From: Candidatus Palauibacter polyketidifaciens
Lineage (GTDB): Bacteria > Gemmatimonadota > Gemmatimonadetes > Palauibacterales > Palauibacteraceae
NCBI RefSeq assembly: GCF_947581785.1
Contig: NZ_CANPVO010000036.1
Coordinates: forward strand, 15,490 to 79,489
Reading direction: 5' to 3'
Length of the DNA stretch: 64,000 nt
Positions 9,920-19,119 of the stretch are shown in pieces. Numbering within the stretch: position 1 is the first letter of the stretch; the number at the start of each line of letters is the position of its first letter. The notes beneath the pieces were generated by a model. It did not search any database and had not been told where the DNA came from. It saw only the letters and a program-made list of their open reading frames with translations. The translations under genes were made by a program, and so were the position numbers.

Positions 9920-10762
9920 ATGCCCGACATCAATCTCATCGCTCACCCGCTGAGGGGTACGGCCTTCGGCACGGCGCTCGACCTGTGCCTGATCCTCGCC
10001 GCGCTGGTCTGGCTCCTGGGCGTCGTCACCCGCGAGTTCTCGTGGATCGACCGCCTGTGGTCGATATGCCCGGGCGCGTACTGCCTCATCGTGGCCTTCG
10101 GGACGAACTTCGCGTCGCCCCGCGTGAACCTCATGACGTTCCTCGTCGTGCTCTGGGGCGCGCGTCTGACCTTCAACTTCGCGCGCAAGGGCGGATACCA
10201 GCCGGGCGGCGAGGACTACCGCTGGGCCATCGTCCGGGAGAAGGCGGGGCCGGTGGGCATACAGGTCCTCAACCTCACGTTCATCAGCTTCGGGCAGATG
10301 CTGCTGATCTGGTGGTTCACCTCCCCGGTGCACCAGGCTGCGGTGTGGAGCGAGACGCCGCTCGGATGGCTGGATCTCCTGACCGCCGCGGTGTTCCTCG
10401 TGCTCTTCGTCGGCGAGGCCGTGGCCGACGAGCAGATGTGGCGCTTTCAGCAGGACAAGAAGCGGCGGATCGCGGCCAGAGAAGATGTGGCGCAGCCGTT
10501 CATGACTTCCGGATTGTTCCGCTATTGCCGCCATCCCAACTTCTTCTGCGAATTGGGCATGTGGTGGGTGTTCTACCTGTTCGCCGTCTCCGCCTCGGGT
10601 CAATGGCTCCACTGGACGGGCCTCGGCTTCATCCTGCTCACCGCGCTGTTAATTCCGTCGATGCGCCTCACCGAAACGATCTCCGCGTCGAAATACCCCG
10701 GATACCGCGACTACCAGGCCACCACGCCGGCGCTGATCCCCCGACCTGTGTCCAAGGCCTGA
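9920..10762 (+). CDS. DUF1295 / steroid 5-alpha-reductase-like membrane protein.
   Basis: 280 aa, multi-pass. GLFRYCRHPNFFCELGMWW is the NAD(P)H-binding signature of this family. ATG at 9920. Confidence 0.75.
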   Translation: MPDINLIAHPLRGTAFGTALDLCLILAALVWLLGVVTREFSWIDRLWSICPGAYCLIVAFGTNFASPRVNLMTFLVVLWGARLTFNFARKGGYQPGGEDYRWAIVREKAGPVGIQVLNLTFISFGQMLLIWWFTSPVHQAAVWSETPLGWLDLLTAAVFLVLFVGEAVADEQMWRFQQDKKRRIAAREDVAQPFMTSGLFRYCRHPNFFCELGMWWVFYLFAVSASGQWLHWTGLGFILLTALLIPSMRLTETISASKYPGYRDYQATTPALIPRPVSKA

Positions 10763-10802
10763 TGGCCCCAGGGCCCCGATTGCCACGCTTCCCGTTCTAC
10801 TA

Positions 10803-11821
10803 ACTTGATAGTGGAATTACCAGGCGATCCGGCACGTGCGGACGATCTCGAGGAAAGGCGAGGGCCCCGGCGAGCTGGACCGGCCCGAAGGGTTGGCGGT
10901 GTTCTCCGACGGGCGCATCGGCGTCATGGACTTCGCGAAGGTCGGGCTTCAGATGTTCGCCCGCGACGGCACGTTCCTGGAAGGGATCCGGTTCGCGACC
11001 GAGGCGGGGATCCCGGGGATTCCGTTTCATGCGATGCCCGACCACAGTGTTGTGACGGCGAGTGCGCTTCCGTCCCGACGGGAGTGGCGCGTTGTTCCAC
11101 GCGGTGTGGCGGGGCCCTCCGCCTGACGACACGCGACTGGAAGACGTGGAGTCCGGAGGAATCTTCATGCAACTGCGCCCGATCCAGGCCTTCCCCCCTC
11201 CGCTGGAACTGGGTGTATTCAGGGATGGCCGGGTCGCCATCGTCGACTCGGTCGGCAACCGGATCAAGATCGTCGGCCCGGAGGGAGAGGAAGGGAAGCA
11301 AGTCACCACGCTCGAGCGCCCGGTAGCTCCCGTCCGGGTAACGGGGCGGGTCCGCGACGCCAAACGTCCGCGGCGGCTGGCGCTGCAGGACTCCGAAGGG
11401 CGCTGCAGGACGTGCTCACGGAGGGCATTGCGATGGTGGTCATCCGCCCACCGAGCGGGGCTTCCGGCCCCCCCCCGATCCGGCCGCCATGGAAGCGGCC
11501 CTGCGCGGAACCTATCGGCGACAGATCGAACGCCTGGTCTTCCCTGAGGAGATGCCGGTCATCGAAAGGATCGCCGTGGATTGGAGCGGCCGGATCCGGG
11601 TCCAGCGCGCGGCGGTGCCGGGCGAGAGCGGTCCCAGGGATGTCCTCACCGCGGACGGCCGGTACCTGGGAACGCATGCCCCCGACGGACTGCGCCTCCC
11701 GGCCCCCTTCGGGCCGGACGGACTGCTGGCGTACATCGAGACCGATCCCCTCGGCATCCAGCGCATCCGTGTCATCCGCCTCGCCGGAGATCAGCCGCTG
11801 GAGACTCCCGGCACGGAATGA
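10803..11821 (+). pseudogene. Decayed, 5'-truncated, twice-frameshifted copy of the NHL-like lipoprotein family that follows it.
   Basis: Three consecutive ORF pieces in frames 0/1/2 (10836-11126, 11062-11547, 11489-11821) align in order to residues ~105-436 of the 11908 and 13317 paralogs ([13 protein letters not shown]..., [16 protein letters not shown]..., EEMPVIERIAVDWSGRIRVQRAAVPGESGP...LLAYIETDPLGIQRIRVIRL). No signal peptide is present and no N-terminal ~100 aa. Confidence 0.6.
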
Positions 11822-11907
11822 CCGAGGACGTTCCCACGGGGACGCGCCTCAACTATCTTCATAGTCGGAACCCCGTCAACTCCCCCCCGCGCAAGGAGAA
11901 ACAACCG

Positions 11908-13218
11908 ATGCGCCGCTCGCACAGCCATACCGTCCACGCCGTACTCGCCCCGGTTCTTCTGTCGGCCGCAGCCTGCGGTGGAGACGGGGGATCCGCGGCC
12001 CGCGGGCTCGACAGTCCCGACGTCACGATCTCTCCCGCGACGGACACGCTCTTCGCCGTCGGCGTACTGGACGGGGCGGAATGGGAAATGTTCGGCCGGG
12101 TCGCGGATGTCGCGTTCGACGCGGATGGCACTCTCTTCATCCTCGACAGCGACGCCGGACACGTGGTCGTGATCGATCCCGCGGGAGCATTCGTCCGCAC
12201 CATCGCCAACAAGGGAGAAGGACCCGGCGAGCTCCGCTTCCCAGCCAGCCTCATCGTGTTTGGCAACGGACGGATCGGTGTGCGCGACATGGGAAACCGG
12301 GGCATCGCGCTCTTCGACCGCGAGGGAGAGTTTCTCGAGGACGTCGGGATCGATCCGGAGGGTGCCGTCCCCTCTGGACGACTCCGCGCCCTGCCCGATC
12401 ACAGCCTCATCGCGCCGGCCCGCCGGATGAGCTTCTCGCCGGAGGGGATCATGGACCGGGAAGAGGGCCGTCCGATCACGCGCTTCCGGCTCGACGGAAG
12501 CACGGACCCGTTTCATGAGGCCTGGGCGCCTCCGCCGCGCGAAACCCGAACCGACGAAGCGGAGGCGGGGAACATCCGTATACAGATGGAGGCCGGAGAG
12601 GCCTTTCCGCTGCCGCTGGCGCTGGGCGTGCTCAGTGACGGCCGCGTCGCGATCGCCGACTCGGTCGGCTACCGCATCAAGCTGCTCGATGCGGCGGGGG
12701 GCCGCCTGTCGACCCTTGAGCGCCCGGTGCCGCCGGTGGCCGTGACGCCCGCGATCGAGGCGGCCGAACGCGAACGTCGTCTCGCAAGCCTCGAGTCCGG
12801 TGGAAGCGGTGGAGGCGGCGGCATCATGACCTTGAGCATCACCGCAGCGGCCGGATCGAGCGGCGGTGGGAACCCCATGGATTCGGAGGGTATGCAGGAG
12901 GCCTTGCGCCGGATCCGCGAGGATCAGATCCGGGATCTGAGGTTCCCGGAGGAGATGCCGGTGATCACGAATCTTGCCGTGGACTGGAGCGACCGCATCT
13001 GGGTGCAGCGCTCCGCCCTCCCCGGCGAGACCGGTACGATCGACATCCTGAGCGCCGACGGGCGGTACTTCGGCTCGCTCCCCACCGACGGCCTGAGAAT
13101 CCCCAGAGCCTTCGGCCCGGGTGGCCTGCTCGCCTACGTGGAGCGCGACGACCTCGACATCCAGCGCGTCCTGGTGGTCCGGCTCATGGCGGACGAACAA
13201 CTGGAGGGCGCTCGATAG
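11908..13218 (+). CDS. NHL-repeat-like beta-propeller lipoprotein, paralog family member.
   Basis: RBS AAGGAGAA then ATG. Lipobox LLSAAAC. NHL-like units such as [42 protein letters not shown]. Gly-rich linker [10 protein letters not shown]-terminus ...[20 protein letters not shown]. Confidence 0.75.
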   Translation: MRRSHSHTVHAVLAPVLLSAAACGGDGGSAARGLDSPDVTISPATDTLFAVGVLDGAEWEMFGRVADVAFDADGTLFILDSDAGHVVVIDPAGAFVRTIANKGEGPGELRFPASLIVFGNGRIGVRDMGNRGIALFDREGEFLEDVGIDPEGAVPSGRLRALPDHSLIAPARRMSFSPEGIMDREEGRPITRFRLDGSTDPFHEAWAPPPRETRTDEAEAGNIRIQMEAGEAFPLPLALGVLSDGRVAIADSVGYRIKLLDAAGGRLSTLERPVPPVAVTPAIEAAERERRLASLESGGSGGGGGIMTLSITAAAGSSGGGNPMDSEGMQEALRRIREDQIRDLRFPEEMPVITNLAVDWSDRIWVQRSALPGETGTIDILSADGRYFGSLPTDGLRIPRAFGPGGLLAYVERDDLDIQRVLVVRLMADEQLEGAR

Positions 13219-13316
13219 ACATGGGCACGAACGCGCGCGGCGGGCAACCGTGGTCCGGTCTCCACTGTCACAGCCGGTGTCCGGCCGGTCGCCCGCGTCA
13301 ACCTGGGGAAAACCTC

Positions 13317-14642
13317 ATGCGCAAGATCCCTTGCCGTACGTACCGCACGCGTCATCTCGCCCTGCTCGCCCTCCCGATTGTGGCCATCGGCTGCGGGGGC
13401 GACGCCGGACCGGGCGACGCGGGGCTCGACAGCCCCGACGTCTCTCTCGCGCCCAGCGTGGAGGAGGTGTACACCGTCGGCGTGATGGACGGGGCCGCGT
13501 GGGAGATGTTCGGCAGCGTGATGGGCGTCGCCTTCGACGAGGACGGCTCGCTCTTCATCCTCGACAATGACGCCGGCCACATCGTCGTCGTCGGCCCGGG
13601 CGGCGAGTTCGAGCGGACGATTTCGAACAAAGGCGAGGGGCCCGGAGAACTCAACCAGCCGCTGGGACTCGCCGTGCTCGGTGATCGGCGGATCGCCGTC
13701 AACGACATGGGTCGCGGCATAAAGGTCTTCAACCGCGATGGCGAATCGCTCCAGGAGGCCGGGTTCACCTTCGAGACCGGGATGCCCGGTGCCGAGATGC
13801 ACGCCATGCCGGACCACAGCCTCCTCTCCGCGGGACTCGCCGGCCGATCGCTCACCGCGCTCATGCGAGGGGAGGAAGAAGAGGAGCCCGAAGGCCGGCC
13901 CATCGGCCGGTTCCGGCTCGACGGCACACAGGAGGAGTTCCACCTGGCCTGGGCGGGACCGCCCGTGGAAGACGCCGAGACGCAGACCGGAAACATGCGG
14001 ATCATCATGTCGCGGATGGAGGCGTTTCCCCTTCCCCTGAGCTTCGGCGTGCTTCGGGATGGCCGCGTCGCCCTCGCCGATTCCGTCGGCTACACGGTCA
14101 AGATCCTCGATGCCTCGGGGCAGGTGACGGGCACGCTCGAGCGGCCGATCTCGCCCGTCGCGGTCACCGACGAGATCCGGGACTCGGAGCGCGAGCGCCG
14201 GCTCGCCGCTGTGGCGGAAGGCGGGAGCGGAGGCGGTGGAGGCACCGTCTTCATGACCCGGACGATTTCGGTCAGCGGAAGCACCGGCTCCGGAAGGCCG
14301 AGCGGTCCCGATCCGGAGGCGATGCGCCGCATGAGGGAAGACCGGATCGCGGACATGGTGTTTCCAGATGAGGTGCCGGTCATCTCGAGGCTGGCCGTGG
14401 ACCGGAGCGACCGCATCTGGGTCGAGCGCTCGGCCCTGCGGGGAGAACCCGGTCCCACGGACATCCTCACCGCGGACGGGCAGTACTTCGGCACCATCGC
14501 TCCGGACGGGGTTCGCATCCCGGCCGCGTTCGGGCCGGACGGCCTCCTGGCCTACATCGAGCCCGACGAACTCGGCATCCAGCGCGTCCGCGTCGTCCGC
14601 CTCGTCGGCGACCAGCCACTGGAAGCGGCGGAGGGCGGCTGA
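13317..14642 (+). CDS. NHL-repeat-like beta-propeller lipoprotein, tandem paralog of the 11908 gene.
   Basis: Lipobox IVAIGC. Collinear with the upstream copy ([42 protein letters not shown]; EGGSGGGGG; [20 protein letters not shown]). Confidence 0.75.
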   Translation: MRKIPCRTYRTRHLALLALPIVAIGCGGDAGPGDAGLDSPDVSLAPSVEEVYTVGVMDGAAWEMFGSVMGVAFDEDGSLFILDNDAGHIVVVGPGGEFERTISNKGEGPGELNQPLGLAVLGDRRIAVNDMGRGIKVFNRDGESLQEAGFTFETGMPGAEMHAMPDHSLLSAGLAGRSLTALMRGEEEEEPEGRPIGRFRLDGTQEEFHLAWAGPPVEDAETQTGNMRIIMSRMEAFPLPLSFGVLRDGRVALADSVGYTVKILDASGQVTGTLERPISPVAVTDEIRDSERERRLAAVAEGGSGGGGGTVFMTRTISVSGSTGSGRPSGPDPEAMRRMREDRIADMVFPDEVPVISRLAVDRSDRIWVERSALRGEPGPTDILTADGQYFGTIAPDGVRIPAAFGPDGLLAYIEPDELGIQRVRVVRLVGDQPLEAAEGG

Positions 14643-14654
14643 CCGAGCGCCGGG

Positions 14655-14996
14655 CTAGCGCGACTTCTTCGCCACGAAGAGCGCGAGCAGCAGAGCCACG
14701 GTCGGAACCGCGGCCTGGGGCACCGTGCCCGCCCGCACGAGCGTGTAGATCGCGCCGGCCATGATCGGCACCACAACGACCGCCGCCATGAACCGCATCC
14801 TGCCGAGCAGGAAGCCGACTCCCGCCAGCGCCTCCACGACGCCGATCAGGTACTGGAACCACGCCGGGTAGCCCCACAGCGCAAACTGGTCGACCATCAT
14901 CCCGGCGACCTTCATCCCGCCGTTCAGAAGGAAGAGCAGCGCCAGCAGAATCGACGCCACCTTGACGGCCTTGCCTGCGTTTCCGTTGTTCGCCAC
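14655..14996 (-). CDS. DoxX family membrane protein.
   Basis: 113 aa with 3-4 TM helices. DoxX-like fold motifs LNGGMKVAG...FALWGYPAWFQYLIGVVEALAGVGFLLG. Confidence 0.75.
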   Translation of the reverse strand: MANNGNAGKAVKVASILLALLFLLNGGMKVAGMMVDQFALWGYPAWFQYLIGVVEALAGVGFLLGRMRFMAAVVVVPIMAGAIYTLVRAGTVPQAAVPTVALLLALFVAKKSR

Positions 14997-15059
14997 TGGA
15001 GGCTCCTCGCGTTGGAAGTACGTGGTCCGGCCCCGGGCCGATTCCTGAACCTTGGCCGC

Positions 15060-15887
15060 TCATCCGTCGATGGCCAGACCGCCTCCCTCGTCGCGAGGAT
15101 CGGCGAGTTTCCGCCCGAAGTGCTGCGCGCGCCACGTCGAGCGTTCGCACCGGAGGAAGCAGACCTCTTCCGACTCCGGGTCGGATGGTTGGTCACCCGG
15201 CCGCCGGGCGCCGCGGGAAGAGAGCGAGTCGGTCACCACGTCGGCGGCGGCGAGGCGGAGGCCCAACCAGCTGAAGAGAAGCTCCGGATCCTCCGGCGCC
15301 TCCGGCGCGTGGCGGGCCAGCCACTCGTCCCGGAGCGCCTCCCATTCCAGCCACAGGTTCTCCCCCCAGCCATCGCTCGTGGCGGCAATCACGGTGTCGT
15401 GGAGCTCTCCCGGCTCGTGCTCCCCGGGTCGCTCGTCCCAGTGCAGGAGGCCGGCCAGGAAACCCGCCATGATCCAGTATCGATGCGCGTCTCCGTCGTC
15501 CCGGGCACGCCGCGTTTCATTCAGGACGCCGAGGATCTGCAGGTAGCCCGCGTCCCAGTCGAACGCATCGCCCGCCGTCTCCTCGCCCCCGGTCCCGTCG
15601 TCTTCCGACCGCAGTCTCGACTCGACTAGGCTCCGGACCCGGCGCACCGCGTCCAGATCGTCCCTCTCCACCGCATCGGAGATGTCGTCGAACAGTGCCT
15701 CCGAGTCCATGCCCGGGAAGTGGGCGGAGAAGGCGATCCCGCCCGCCTCTCCGAGCCGAAACGTCCCCTGCCGCTCGGCGCCGGATTCATGGGGTTCGGC
15801 GGCGGGCACGCGCGCCAGCCAGAAGATCGCTTCGTCCAGCGCGGTCAGGAGTTCTCCATAGGCGGACCGCTGCCGCTCGGCGTCCAT
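15060..15887 (-). CDS. Acidic hypothetical protein (Asp/Glu/Trp-rich), no family recognised.
   Basis: 275-aa ORF starting 21 bp after the cyclase stop. Composition is not shadow-like (many D/E/W). No domain call. Confidence 0.5.
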   Translation of the reverse strand: MDAERQRSAYGELLTALDEAIFWLARVPAAEPHESGAERQGTFRLGEAGGIAFSAHFPGMDSEALFDDISDAVERDDLDAVRRVRSLVESRLRSEDDGTGGEETAGDAFDWDAGYLQILGVLNETRRARDDGDAHRYWIMAGFLAGLLHWDERPGEHEPGELHDTVIAATSDGWGENLWLEWEALRDEWLARHAPEAPEDPELLFSWLGLRLAAADVVTDSLSSRGARRPGDQPSDPESEEVCFLRCERSTWRAQHFGRKLADPRDEGGGLAIDG

Positions 15888-15908
15888 CGCGGATTCCTCC
15901 CCCGCCCG

Positions 15909-16688
15909 CTACGCCGGAGCCAGCGCGATCACGCGCAGCGGGCTCCCGCTTCCGCCCACGATCTTGAGCGGAGCGGCGATCGCGACGGCGCCCGTCGGGG
16001 GCAGCCGGTCGAGGTTGCACAGGCTCGCGAGGCCGAACCTCCCCGCCCCGTGCATGATCCCGTGGTTCGGGAACGGCGGATCGAACCCTCCCGCCTGACC
16101 CGCGTCGGTGCCGACCGTCTCCACTCCGACCCCGAGCACCGCGCGGTCGTGGGCCAGCACGGCCGAAGTCTCCTGGTGAAAGCCCGGCGAGTGCGGGCCA
16201 TCGTCCGACACGTTGAGAAACGCCTCCTTCCCCTCCCTCCGGCTCCACCCGGTGCGCAGGAAGACCCAGGCGCCCTCGGGCACGCGTCCGTGCTCCCCCT
16301 CCCACGCCTCGAGCCCGGCGGGCGTGAGCAGGAAGTCCGGATCCGCGTTCACCTCCGCCTCCACGTCGATGACGCACGCCGGCCCAACGAATTTGCGCGG
16401 CGGGATCGTGTCCGTCGTCCCGTCGGGCACGTCCTTCCCCGTCACCCAGTGGATCGGGGCGTCGAAGTGCGTCCCGGTGTGCTCGCCGAGCGTGAGGTTG
16501 TTCCAGTACCAGGCCGGCCCGTCGTCGTCATACCTCGAGATCTGCTCGATCGTCACTCCCTTCGACGGCGCGAACATCGGAGGAAGATCGATGACGACCG
16601 TATCGGGGCCGAGAGGGATCGTGAGGTCCACCACCCGGACGGTGCCCGCGTTCAACTCCTCCACGAGGCGGTTCAGTACGTCCGACAT
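15909..16688 (-). CDS. Cyclase-family protein (kynurenine formamidase-like, PF04199).
   Basis: EHTGTHFDAPIHW...GVGVETVGTD...HGAGRFG: typical metal-binding His cluster of this family. Confidence 0.8.
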   Translation of the reverse strand: MSDVLNRLVEELNAGTVRVVDLTIPLGPDTVVIDLPPMFAPSKGVTIEQISRYDDDGPAWYWNNLTLGEHTGTHFDAPIHWVTGKDVPDGTTDTIPPRKFVGPACVIDVEAEVNADPDFLLTPAGLEAWEGEHGRVPEGAWVFLRTGWSRREGKEAFLNVSDDGPHSPGFHQETSAVLAHDRAVLGVGVETVGTDAGQAGGFDPPFPNHGIMHGAGRFGLASLCNLDRLPPTGAVAIAAPLKIVGGSGSPLRVIALAPA

Positions 16689-16740
16689 TCGAAATCTCCC
16701 TGTGGTTGGTCGACCCGCGGGCGAGGCTGCGGTCCGCGGA

Positions 16741-18189
16741 TCACTTGTCCCCGAAGAACGGCTCCAGCGTCTGCCCCGGATTCGGCTTCGTCATCAGCGA
16801 AACCATGATGAAGAGGATGAGGCTCGCACCGACGCCCAGCTCGACGGAATCTATCCCGTAGAGAGGGAAGTAGTGTTCCTGGAACCAGAGCGTCCACACC
16901 AGGCAGGCGAGGAAACCCCCGATCATGGAGGCGACTGCGCCCTTCGCCGTCCCCCGTCGCCAGTTGAGGCCGATGACGATGGGGACGAAGAAGAAGGAGG
17001 CGATGAACTTCGCCTGCTCGAGGACGATGCCCTGCACATCCCCCAGCTTCTGCAGCGCGAAGAAGAGGGGGATGAGAGAGAGGACGACGATCGCCACCCG
17101 GTTCGCGTTCACGAGGTGCTTCTGGCTCGCGTCGGGCCGGATGAACTTCCCGTAGAGGTCGTGGGCGACGCCCGCACCGGTGACGAGGAGGATCGAGTTC
17201 ACGGTCGACATGATCGCCGACAGCATGGCGACGAGCAGCAGCGCGCCGACCACGGGCGGCAGGACGTGCAGCGCCATGGTGGCGGTGGCCTGATCCTGTG
17301 AGGGAAGGTTCGGGAACAGCACCCGCATGAGCATGCCGATGGACATGATGCTCGTAGCGATCACGACCTGGAAGCCGATCGCCACGAAGATCGCCTTCCG
17401 CACCGTGCGCTCGTCCCGCATCGAGTAGAAGCGGGTGAGTTCGTACGGCGCCGCCGCGATGGAGAGTCCGAACGCGATCGCGAAGGCAAGGAGTTCACGC
17501 GGCGAGTAGTACCAGCCCACAAGACGGTCGTCGAGCGTGTCGAGGAAGTCGAGCGACCGCTCGACCGCCGCCACCGGACTGCCGCCGCCCACCTGGTTGA
17601 GGAGGACGGGAACCGCGACGATCAGCGCCGCGACCATGATCAGCGTCTGCAGGAAATCGATGTAGGAACTGGACCGGACGCCGCCGAGAAGCGTGTAGAG
17701 CGCGGTCGAGGCGACGATGATGAGCATCGCCGTGAGCGGACGGATCCCGAACACGACCTCCGCAATCTCGCCGCCCGCCTGGAACTGGGCCACGAGATAG
17801 ATCGTGTAGGCGACGACGATGAGGATGCCCGCGAGGGCGCCGGCCTTCGGGCTGCCGTAGCGGGCGGAGATGTAGTCGGGGACGGTGAGCGCGCCGAGCC
17901 GCCGCAGTTTCGGGGCGACGAAGAAGGCGCAGACGAGCCACCCCGTCCACAGGCCGAGCCACGGGAAGACCCAGGAGACGCCGGCCAGATAGTGGCGGCC
18001 CGCGGTGCCGACGAAGGTGCCGGCGGAGATCTGCGTGGCCGCAAGGACGGCGCCGCCGACGATGGGGCCGATCGAGCGGCCGGCGGCGAGGAAGTCGACC
18101 TCGGTCTCGGTCCGGAAGTAGCTCCAGATCGCGATGCCCATGATGATGGCCACGTAGACGCCGAGGACGACGAAGAAGACGTCGCTCAT
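16741..18189 (-). CDS. Sodium:solute symporter family (SSS) transporter.
   Basis: 482 aa, ~13 TM. The N-terminus MSDVFFVVLGVYVAIIMGIAIWSY...DFLAAGRSIGPIVGG is the SSS signature. ATG at 18189 overlaps the stop of the small upstream ORF. Confidence 0.85.
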   Translation of the reverse strand: MSDVFFVVLGVYVAIIMGIAIWSYFRTETEVDFLAAGRSIGPIVGGAVLAATQISAGTFVGTAGRHYLAGVSWVFPWLGLWTGWLVCAFFVAPKLRRLGALTVPDYISARYGSPKAGALAGILIVVAYTIYLVAQFQAGGEIAEVVFGIRPLTAMLIIVASTALYTLLGGVRSSSYIDFLQTLIMVAALIVAVPVLLNQVGGGSPVAAVERSLDFLDTLDDRLVGWYYSPRELLAFAIAFGLSIAAAPYELTRFYSMRDERTVRKAIFVAIGFQVVIATSIMSIGMLMRVLFPNLPSQDQATATMALHVLPPVVGALLLVAMLSAIMSTVNSILLVTGAGVAHDLYGKFIRPDASQKHLVNANRVAIVVLSLIPLFFALQKLGDVQGIVLEQAKFIASFFFVPIVIGLNWRRGTAKGAVASMIGGFLACLVWTLWFQEHYFPLYGIDSVELGVGASLILFIMVSLMTKPNPGQTLEPFFGDK

Positions 18190-18410
18190 GTCCGCGCACC
18201 GGGTGGTTCGGCGCCGTCGGGTTCCTCGGTCTCCGCGCGCGCGGAGGGCGCAGAGGGTGAGGCGCCGCGCCGGGAGCGCGGTGCGACGACCTCGGCCCAG
18301 CGGCGGTCCAGTTCGTCGTCGGCGCTGATAGTCTTCCGGAAGAGAAGGACCATGGTGATGCCGAGGGCGAAGAAGCCCGCCGCGATCAGGAGGATCGCCA
18401 CCGGTGTCAT
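18186..18410 (-). CDS. Small single-TM membrane protein, probably a symporter-associated small subunit.
   Basis: MTPVAILLIAAGFFALGITMVLLFRK... It is wedged exactly between the stop of the upstream gene and the ATG of the SSS gene, with a 4-bp overlap. This context fits the small subunits that accompany SSS transporters. Product assignment is tentative. Confidence 0.5.
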   Translation of the reverse strand: MTPVAILLIAAGFFALGITMVLLFRKTISADDELDRRWAEVVAPRSRRGASPSAPSARAETEEPDGAEPPGART

Positions 18411-19114
18411 GGGGCGGCCCTCCCGCCCTCGCGGCGGACCCGCGCGTTCCGCCACGTCCAGATCGCGCCGGCCAGCAGGAGTGCGAGGACGGCGAAGTCG
18501 GCGATGCGCGCGAACGAGAGCGCACCCCCGCGGGATAGCCGGAGCATCCCCGGCACGCTCGACAGCGTGGCCGTCACGACATCATCGCCGGCCCGGACGA
18601 AGCGCGGCAGGCTGGTCGACAGATCCAGCGCATCGAGCACGTCGGGATCCCCTTCCAGCCGGATCAGCCACGGCGCCGTGACGTCCTGTACCACGGTCTC
18701 CTCGGCCTCCCGGCCGGCCACGAAAAAGGGGACCCGGTCCAGCCGCCCGCGCACCGTGTTCCGGACGGTGTAGGACACGACGACCGGCGCGTCGGAGGCG
18801 ACATCGATGCGGTACGCCCCGTCGACCGGGGTCAGCGCGGCATCGGCGACGGGCAGCGGCGCGCCGCCCCTTTCCATCTCCGCCAGCGACAGCGTCTGGT
18901 GCTCGATCCGGATGGCGAAGGCCCGAACCGCGCCGTCCTCCGGCTGGAGACTCTGTCGAACGTGGGCCGCGCCATCGGCGTCCAGCCGGACGAACACCGT
19001 GTCCGTCGTCTGCGCCTGCACCGGCGCCGCGACGGACAGGCCGGCCAGCGCCGCCAACAGCGCCGGTGCCCCCGGCGCGGACGCACGCCCCGGCTCTCGC
19101 CTCGCGCGTCGCAC
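18407..19114 (-). CDS. Hypothetical secreted protein with a C-terminal membrane anchor.
   Basis: GTG start 6 bp after the M28 stop. Signal peptide VRRARREPGRASAPGAPALLAALAGLSVAAPVQAQ. C-terminal helix IADFAVLALLLAGAIWTW. It shares a frame with a long shadow ORF but not with the M28 gene. Confidence 0.5.
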   Translation of the reverse strand: MRRARREPGRASAPGAPALLAALAGLSVAAPVQAQTTDTVFVRLDADGAAHVRQSLQPEDGAVRAFAIRIEHQTLSLAEMERGGAPLPVADAALTPVDGAYRIDVASDAPVVVSYTVRNTVRGRLDRVPFFVAGREAEETVVQDVTAPWLIRLEGDPDVLDALDLSTSLPRFVRAGDDVVTATLSSVPGMLRLSRGGALSFARIADFAVLALLLAGAIWTWRNARVRREGGRAAP

Positions 19115-19119
19115 GGCCG

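Noticed and set aside
10805-11326. 173-aa and 125-aa ORFs overlapping the NHL-like pseudogene region in other frames or on the other strand.
   Set aside because: They are Arg-rich shadow frames. The homologous frames (three pieces in order) explain the region better as a frameshifted pseudogene.
12790-12860. Repetitive GGC/GGT runs (encoding SGGSGGGGG) in each NHL-like paralog, considered as possible CRISPR-like or VNTR repeats.
   Set aside because: They occur once per gene, inside reading frames, encoding Gly linkers. There is no spacer/repeat periodicity and there are no cas genes.
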